Source: Candidatus Micrarchaeota archaeon
GTDB taxonomy: Archaea > Micrarchaeota > Micrarchaeia > Anstonellales > Bilamarchaeaceae
Assembly (NCBI GenBank): GCA_043827025.1
Contig: JBDRPL010000020.1
Location: 1 to 50,773, forward strand
Direction of reading: 5' to 3'
Length of the DNA stretch: 50,773 nucleotides
The position numbers and the translations under genes are program-made. Below are positions 44,954 to 50,773 of this stretch, piece by piece. A model generated the notes under the pieces. It was not told where the DNA came from and ran no database searches. It saw nothing but the letters and a program-made list of their open reading frames with translations. The number at the start of each line of letters is the position of its first letter. Within the stretch, counting starts at the first letter, position 1.

Positions 44954-45613
44954 TTATTCACCTCCTATTCTAAAATCTGCATGAAATTGGTTATCAGGGT
45001 GCTTCTGGTTATATCTATCAACAATGTTTTGGAACTGCTCATCCTTTGCTAGTATCTTGAGGAACTGCTCATCCCGGTCATTCTCCTCAACTCTTGATCC
45101 ATCAATGCCAGCATACTTGAGCTTTGGAATTTCAGAAAAAACCAGCGCAAGCATAAAATGAACCAGCTCATCAGTGTCCATCGGACAAAACTCTTCTAGG
45201 AAGTTCTTCAATATTCCCCTTGCATGGCATATTGTGTCAAATGGAACATTGTTGATGCTTATTTCTTCAAGAAGATCTCTGAGTTTGTCAAGCACAGGAT
45301 CCAAATTAGCTTCCTTCCAGAAATCCATCGCATTGCTGTAAGACTCGCACTCATCATCAGATATGAGGATGCTGCTTGCCTGCCTGCTCCCACCGATGCA
45401 TATTTCCGGCTCTGTTTCCACTTCAACATTAATTAATGCATCAATCCATAGAATCCTTGCAGTAAATCTCTTGCCTGCCTTGCTGTCCGTTATGGAATGT
45501 TCAGAATAACTGCCTTCATTTGCTTGAACATAATAAAAAGTGTCTGAATACGGTGATTTCACTGGCACACCGTCTGATGCTCTAAAATAACCATCTCCGT
45601 TTGCACATTTCAT
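44954..45613 (-). CDS. Hypothetical acidic protein
   Basis: 219 aa; overlapping start/stop with neighbour. Confidence 0.7.
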   Translation of the reverse strand: MKCANGDGYFRASDGVPVKSPYSDTFYYVQANEGSYSEHSITDSKAGKRFTARILWIDALINVEVETEPEICIGGSRQASSILISDDECESYSNAMDFWKEANLDPVLDKLRDLLEEISINNVPFDTICHARGILKNFLEEFCPMDTDELVHFMLALVFSEIPKLKYAGIDGSRVEENDRDEQFLKILAKDEQFQNIVDRYNQKHPDNQFHADFRIGGE

Positions 45614-45840
45614 TTTTTCACCTCGTTTTCAGGAACAGTTATTTGAAGCTCGATCTTCCAATTGTGAACATTGCCTTCAACTTGGAATTTTTTTCCTGTC
45701 CATATGTCTTTGATTGTGTATTTGAAATAACCTTCTCTTGGAACGTGTATTCCGTAGGTGTGTTTGACATAAGGAGATTCTACTGGCACTCGTATCAGAT
45801 CGCCTTGCCTTTCAATTATTATCATTTTTCCTGCCTCCAT
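45610..45840 (-). CDS. Small hypothetical protein, weakly similar to the N-terminus of 44954..45613
   Basis: VPVESPY...IKDIWTGKKF versus VPVKSPY...ITDSKAGKRF. Confidence 0.6.
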   Translation of the reverse strand: MEAGKMIIIERQGDLIRVPVESPYVKHTYGIHVPREGYFKYTIKDIWTGKKFQVEGNVHNWKIELQITVPENEVKK

Positions 45841-46259
45841 CTCAGCTGAGATTCTTTTTTTTTCTTGCCCGTGTTTTCAAGGTGCGTATACTTGCCTATT
45901 GTGAGCTGTACCTCGCCGTTGAACTCCTTGACCTCGGCGTTCCTGATCAGCAGCAGATCTCCCTCATTGACCATATCAATCTGCCTGTTGAAAAGAGCAA
46001 GTGGAATGCTACCAGTCTCATCCCTTAGTTCCACTTCTAGTATCTGCAGAAGAAACCCGCTCTTGCTGTTCTTGGTTTTGACCTGGCCAACTCGTTCTAC
46101 CACTGCTACAAACTGGTTCTTTATTCCGACTTCGAGCTCTTGTATGGTGCGGGCGATGGGTTCAGGCTTGTACTGATCGGCGTTCTCAAAATACAATCCA
46201 AGATCTGCATCTGCTCCCATGGTTTCTCCCTCCTTTGCTTGATTTTCTGCCAATGCCAT
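45822..46259 (-). CDS. Single OB-fold ssDNA-binding protein (RPA/SSB-like)
   Basis: LRDETGSIPLALFN..IDMVNEGDLLLIRNAEVKEFNGEVQLTIG. Confidence 0.88.
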   Translation of the reverse strand: MALAENQAKEGETMGADADLGLYFENADQYKPEPIARTIQELEVGIKNQFVAVVERVGQVKTKNSKSGFLLQILEVELRDETGSIPLALFNRQIDMVNEGDLLLIRNAEVKEFNGEVQLTIGKYTHLENTGKKKKESQLRWRQEK

Positions 46260-46475
46260 AATAGCATGTTATGCATTTTCATTATTTGAATATTTGGAAC
46301 CATGTTCTAAGGCTTTCCTGAGCTTTTCTGGAAGAACAAAGCAATTATTGGTCTGATTAAATTAAAAATCATGATAACTTGGCTCTAAACTTTCAAGAAT
46401 CCTTCAGAAAGCCTCAGATTTAATTCTAAAACAAAAGTTATTTATAGCAGTTTTCCTTCTCATTATAGACGAGAA

Positions 46476-46853
46476 ATGCCTAAAAATCCCTTATTGTCCG
46501 AAATAAAGTATGCTGAAAAGACAAGAGAATTGGAACCTTTGGGACATTGGTTTGACACTCAAATCCAAGCCATGATTCAGTGGGATTTAAATTTATTGCA
46601 AAAATCTACCTCAATAAAAAAAAATGAAAAATTACACAAAAATTTATTTGTATTCTATCATAACTTAGGACTTGGTTATATCAGAAATTATTTCGATCCT
46701 GCTACAGCAAAACAGTATTTTGAAAAAAGCATTAAACATTACAGCAGAATTCCAAAACCTGATGTTGTTTACAAAAGATGGGGCTCTGAGGTTAAATCCT
46801 ACCTTAAAAAAATCGAAGATTACTATTCTTACCTTAGTGCTTCAGATGCCTAG
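46476..46853 (+). CDS. Hypothetical protein with TPR-like helix pair
   Basis: YHNLGLGY...AKQYFEKSI. Confidence 0.55.
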   Translation: MPKNPLLSEIKYAEKTRELEPLGHWFDTQIQAMIQWDLNLLQKSTSIKKNEKLHKNLFVFYHNLGLGYIRNYFDPATAKQYFEKSIKHYSRIPKPDVVYKRWGSEVKSYLKKIEDYYSYLSASDA

Positions 46854-47424
46854 GATTCTGGTTTATTTTCAATTTTTTTGGTATCCCTTGATGAAAGGGA
46901 AAATCATTGACAAGGAGTGTATATCCTTCAGATTTTACATCAAGAGTAAGCCTTGTATCATCCTTCAATTTTTTATATTTGAATAATTTTGAATCCGACG
47001 CTCTTCCAAAAAGACAAAGTTTTCGAAATAAGTCAACATCTTTTGATTTAATGAATTTTGCATTCAAATCTTTAAAGTCTGATGCTTTTATTTTTCGATA
47101 TCTCAAAAATAATAAAAAACATTTAATTGCCTTAGTCACATCTTCTAAATCAGTACTCTGCTTTTTCCCTTTGAAGAGATTAATATATCTATTCACTAGG
47201 TTTCGGCGCCTATAATACTCTTTTAAATTATCTTTTTTGACTATTTCGTTAAATATGCCTGCAAATGAAGATCTTTTTTTCGATTCCCATAACAAGTCCA
47301 AGGTATTGCTTTTGAATCCATAATACTTTTTCTGCTTTGGAGGTATAGAGCTGGCGCTACCGAAATCTTCTTCCCATTCCTGCCATGTAGCGTTCTCACT
47401 GGTCATTTTAGATTTTGCGAACAA
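46834..47424 (-). CDS. Hypothetical basic protein
   Basis: 196-aa ORF in AT-rich DNA. Confidence 0.55.
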   Translation of the reverse strand: MFAKSKMTSENATWQEWEEDFGSASSIPPKQKKYYGFKSNTLDLLWESKKRSSFAGIFNEIVKKDNLKEYYRRRNLVNRYINLFKGKKQSTDLEDVTKAIKCFLLFLRYRKIKASDFKDLNAKFIKSKDVDLFRKLCLFGRASDSKLFKYKKLKDDTRLTLDVKSEGYTLLVNDFPFHQGIPKKLKINQNPRHLKH

Positions 47425-47681
47425 CTTGAGAAGAAATATTGATGGTCTTCAAACTAGCTTGAAGACTTTTCATGAGACAAAGATCAAATAAGAATACTGC
47501 TTACGCAAGCAAAAGCAGATTATTCAAAATAACAGAAATTTAACTATCCTGAAAATAGAAAGCAGACCTTATATTTATTTTTTTCTGCTGCTTTCCCCGT
47601 CTAATATCCGTCGATATTTCAATTTTCGCAGCTCAAAACAGCAGGCATAAATATGCTAAATGCTTTTCTTAGAAACTGGAG

Positions 47682-48662
47682 ATGAAAAAAACTAGTTTTA
47701 ATCCCGTCAAAGTCATTTGCTATTATTGCTTATCCGACAAGGTGATCAAAAGAGGGTACAGGGTAACAGACAAGGACAAAAACAGGCATCTTCATCAATG
47801 CAAAAATTGTGGTAAATGGTTTACAGTCTGCGAGGGCGATGCGAGCCCTCACTCAAAACTCAATTTCAAGGTTTGTCTTGAGGTTTTGAAGAACCTCAGA
47901 AGGTGGAAGTCATACAAGGAAATCCAGCGGATCATTAAGAAAAAATTCCAGCTAAATATCAGTCTTGGAACCATATCTTCCTTAAAGAAAGATCCAACAT
48001 TAATATATAAAAAAGTGCAAAGGGGAAGAGGTGATATCTATAACTTGGTGAAGAATAGACTTATATGGTGTGGGGGACTAGAGCACAATATGAGTAAGTG
48101 GGCCATTCAGAAATCTAAAGATTATAATAATAATTTAAAATACATGGGTAAGTTAATAGAAGGGCAAATTAATTTCGAGAGCTTGCTTGCTAGTGATAAG
48201 GTTAACAAAAAATATTATGACGAAGATTTCTTGCTTGCCTTGCAATACTTAAGATTAGTCGATAAACGAGAAATTGTTTTTACTGGTTTATTCACTAAAA
48301 ATAAGATTGACAAGTGGATTTCCGACAGGATTGAAGATATAGCATATGTATATATTTTTGTTCAGTGGCTTGATTTAAATCATGAGGACATTTGCAAGTT
48401 AATCCCTGATTGTGAAAAAATTAGAGATTTTTTATTTGAAGACGACGATAATTTCAGGTGGAAGCAGGAGGAGTTTCACAACTCATTAGAGCTTTTGTTC
48501 GCTGTCAGCTTTTTGTGGCAACCGCCGTTTATTGTTCGCAAGTATGCTACAAATTATTACTTTCGCTTCATGTATGTGTCTATATATAGTTTAATAGTGC
48601 GCCCAGAAGACGCTAAAAGATTCAAATTAATTATGCACTTAATGAAAATACCGGAGGTTTAA
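47682..48662 (+). CDS. Protein with N-terminal IS1/InsA-like zinc ribbon and HTH; unknown C-terminus
   Basis: CYYC...VIKRGYR...QCKNCGKWFT; SYKEIQRII...ISLGTIS; no DDE triad recognised. Confidence 0.65.
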   Translation: MKKTSFNPVKVICYYCLSDKVIKRGYRVTDKDKNRHLHQCKNCGKWFTVCEGDASPHSKLNFKVCLEVLKNLRRWKSYKEIQRIIKKKFQLNISLGTISSLKKDPTLIYKKVQRGRGDIYNLVKNRLIWCGGLEHNMSKWAIQKSKDYNNNLKYMGKLIEGQINFESLLASDKVNKKYYDEDFLLALQYLRLVDKREIVFTGLFTKNKIDKWISDRIEDIAYVYIFVQWLDLNHEDICKLIPDCEKIRDFLFEDDDNFRWKQEEFHNSLELLFAVSFLWQPPFIVRKYATNYYFRFMYVSIYSLIVRPEDAKRFKLIMHLMKIPEV

Positions 48663-48678
48663 TCCATATTCAAAGATT

Positions 48679-48837
48679 TTACATTATTTGAACAAGCTGC
48701 GCTATAATGTAGATTGCCAGGAGCACTGCTCCTAAGCTGATCAGGACTTTGACCAGGTTAAGCACAAACTCAACTATCTTGATGAATAGAAAGAGGCCTA
48801 CCATGACAGCCACTATCTCAAGCAGCAGAACTATCAC
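48679..48837 (-). CDS. Small two-TM membrane protein (52 aa), not in ORF track
   Basis: MIVLLLEIVAVMVGLFLFIKIVEFVLNLVKVLISLGAVLLAIYIIAQLVQIM; GAGGTGA RBS; overlaps nuclease stop. Confidence 0.7.
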   Translation of the reverse strand: MIVLLLEIVAVMVGLFLFIKIVEFVLNLVKVLISLGAVLLAIYIIAQLVQIM

Positions 48838-49700
48838 ATCAGGTCACCTCTCTTTTTACATAATGCAAAGTGTGGGCACTGGCCGGACCCTCTCTCATTT
48901 GACCAGCTGCAAAGAGGAGAAGTCCTGCATGGATAATCATCGATTTCCTTGCTGCCCACAGAGGAATGCACCTGCTCAAGCTCAAACAAAGCATTCTTGG
49001 CGAGGTCTGCGATCTGCTGCTCACCTTCGACTGTTATCTCTCCGTTGCTCAGGTAGTCTATACCTACTTTCTTCGGGAATTCTCCAAATTTTTCAAAGTG
49101 CAGAAGGCAATAAATCCCTAGCTGGATTTTGTACTCTTCTGTAATTTCAGCTTTGCTCGAGGTCTTGTAGTCCATCACCTTGTCCTTGAAAAGGGCATCG
49201 ACGTATCCTTGGACCCCAAACTTCTCTGAAAGGATATGCACTTCCCTTTCAGGCTTCAGCTTCATGAAAGCATCCTCAGCTGCCATGCCTTTGCTTACGA
49301 GAGCGCTAAGCTTACCCATGAACCTAAGGAACCATCTGTAAAGCATCTGGTTAGTCTCCTGGAAATACTCCTGAACCTTCTTCTCGCCAAGATTCAGCTT
49401 GTTCAGTTCACCTTCATTTTCTTTCCATTCCAATTTGAACAAGTGCTCTATCCTGTTCCACAAAAGGTCAAAAACAAATCCTGAAGCATTTTCCAGCTCA
49501 ATTTCATAGAATTTTTCAAGCACAGAGTGAGCAATCTTGCCCCTAATCAAGTATATGTTTGCTTCTGGCTTAATGCCTTCTATGTACTGATAATAGTATT
49601 TTCTAGGACATTGCCTCCAGGTAAGAAGAGAGCTGGAGCTCTGGATCCTTGAATGAGGAAGTGGCTTGTAATTCAATATCATGCTAGTTATATGATGCAT
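48834..49700 (-). CDS. PD-(D/E)xK RecB/AddB-like nuclease with four-Cys motif; probable host gene
   Basis: QCPRKYYY, RGKIAHSVLE, GYVDAL...MDYKTS, QLGIY, C...C...C. Confidence 0.88.
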   Translation of the reverse strand: MHHITSMILNYKPLPHSRIQSSSSLLTWRQCPRKYYYQYIEGIKPEANIYLIRGKIAHSVLEKFYEIELENASGFVFDLLWNRIEHLFKLEWKENEGELNKLNLGEKKVQEYFQETNQMLYRWFLRFMGKLSALVSKGMAAEDAFMKLKPEREVHILSEKFGVQGYVDALFKDKVMDYKTSSKAEITEEYKIQLGIYCLLHFEKFGEFPKKVGIDYLSNGEITVEGEQQIADLAKNALFELEQVHSSVGSKEIDDYPCRTSPLCSWSNERGSGQCPHFALCKKRGDLM

Positions 49701-49980
49701 CTTATTTTACCTAAAGAAAAATCTGCATAAATATCTTTGCTTTATAATTTAATAATTTAGTCTACACATTATCAGCACCTTCAAACCAATCCTTATCTTC
49801 CTACTCTTTTAAAGCGTGTTTGTAAGCAATTTTTAAAATTAAAAAAAGTAAACACAAGAAAAGGGATTTAAAATAACATTCCTTCTAAAAAATGATAACA
49901 AAGATTTATTAAAGTAGGTGTTTGTAACATATTAATGATAATATTCATTATTTTTTTCCTTGGTTAGATAATCTGATAAA

Positions 49981-50773
49981 ATGAAAGTGCTCATGTTTGG
50001 ATGGGAATTTCCACCGTATGCATCTGGTGGGTTGGGGACAGCTTGCTTTGGACTGACAAGAGGTTTATGCAATCATGGGGTTGATATAACTTTTGTTGTT
50101 CCCCATGCACCAAACTCAAAAGCTGATTTTGTGAAACTGGTTTCTGCTGGCAATATTAAAAAGATAAATTTCAAAGAGATTGACTCTCCCTTGCAGGCAT
50201 ACATGACTTCTGCTGAGTATAAGGAGACATTAAGAGAATACATAAAATATGGAACCTCTGATGAGAAAGCCAATATGTACGGTAGGAACCTGTTTGAGGA
50301 GGTTGCAAGGTACGCTGCATCAGCAGGCCTGATTGCAAAGCACGAACCTCATGACATTATCCACTGCCATGACTGGATGACATACCAAGCAGGAATCAAT
50401 GCAAGAAAAATCTCAAAAAAGCCTTTGGTTGTTCATGTCCATGCCACTGAATTTGACAGGACTGGCGATAACCCCAACCACTTAGTCTATGACATGGAGT
50501 ACAAGGGGTTTCATGAGGCAGATCATATCATGGCAGTTTCCCAATTTACCAAAAACAAAATAGTCAATCAGTACAACATAAATCCAGACAAGGTAACTGT
50601 TGTTCATAATGCAGTTGAGTTCAATGACAATACTTTTAGCGAGGAAGAATTCAAAATAAAAGAGCATAACAAAATTGTGCTGTTCCTGGGAAGAATCACC
50701 CTGCAAAAGGGACCAGAATACTTTTTGTATGCAGCCAAAAAAGTCCTGGATATTATGCCTGATGTTAGGTTTG
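49981..50773 (+). CDS. GT4-family glycosyltransferase (glycogen synthase-like), truncated by window edge; probable host gene
   Basis: MKVLMFGWEFPPYASGGLGTAC...IHCHDWMT...HVHATEFDR...FLGRITLQKGPEYF. Confidence 0.92.
   Translation, partial: MKVLMFGWEFPPYASGGLGTACFGLTRGLCNHGVDITFVVPHAPNSKADFVKLVSAGNIKKINFKEIDSPLQAYMTSAEYKETLREYIKYGTSDEKANMYGRNLFEEVARYAASAGLIAKHEPHDIIHCHDWMTYQAGINARKISKKPLVVHVHATEFDRTGDNPNHLVYDMEYKGFHEADHIMAVSQFTKNKIVNQYNINPDKVTVVHNAVEFNDNTFSEEEFKIKEHNKIVLFLGRITLQKGPEYFLYAAKKVLDIMPDVRF

Larger units (their letters stand above)
1..46260. mobile_element. Integrated ICE/plasmid-like element of an archaeon; left boundary outside the window or unseen, right boundary between about 46.3 and 48.7 kb
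   Basis: Tyrosine recombinase, ParA pair, primase, ArdC, SSB-like proteins, two HerA/VirB4-like ATPases and R-M cargo occur together. Host-like genes resume at about 48.7 kb. No att sites identified. Confidence 0.75.

Noticed and set aside
17388..46259. Provirus interpretation
   Set aside because: No capsid, terminase, portal or tail genes recognised. ArdC, par genes and a membrane ATPase favour a plasmid/ICE, although divergent viral genes cannot be excluded.
38902..46474. Shared 11-mer TATAGACGAGA at 38902 and 46464
   Set aside because: Many 11-bp matches are expected by chance in 50 kb.
47682..48662. Intact IS element
   Set aside because: Only the Zn-ribbon/HTH resembles transposases; no DDE triad, terminal inverted repeats or target duplication found.
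48834..49700. Cas4 / CRISPR adaptation gene
   Set aside because: RecB/AddB-like four-Cys nuclease without cas1/cas2 or an array; better treated as a stand-alone host nuclease.
1..50773. tRNA target, attL/attR pair, rRNA or CRISPR array
   Set aside because: No cloverleaf/T-loop pattern, no long terminal direct repeat and no regularly spaced repeat-spacer array seen by eye.

Overview
Most of the window (about 1 to 46.3-48.7 kb) looks like one large integrated mobile element (ICE/plasmid-like, no virion genes recognised) in an archaeal genome. TATA-type promoters, GGAGGTGA ribosome-binding sites and the flanking GT4 glycosyltransferase suggest a DPANN/Woesearchaeota-like host (inference). From left to right it carries: (1) a tyrosine recombinase with a SHOCT-like tail, a MEDS protein and a ParA + RHH-like partition pair; (2) a + strand defence island: UvrD-nuclease, Type III Mod and Res, GHKL ATPase, MTase-fold ORF, HEPN-like ORF and Dam-family MTase; (3) a long, mostly minus-strand gene array resembling a plasmid leading region, with a primase-2H phosphoesterase fusion, ArdC, HIRAN, several ssDNA-binding-like proteins, a zincin, Fic and GNAT; (4) two large HerA/VirB4/VirD4-like ATPases, each ending in a wHTH + PD-(D/E)xK-like domain. 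The best novelty candidate is a ubiquitin-like conjugation module: a C-terminal-GG Ubl candidate, a ThiF/E1 enzyme and a 710-aa protein with a putative E2-like C-terminus. Also notable are a family of intergenic hairpin repeats and a large folded element heading the array, which may be an archaeal ssDNA (Frpo-like) promoter. No tRNA, att core or CRISPR array was found. All family assignments come from visual motif recognition, not database searches.
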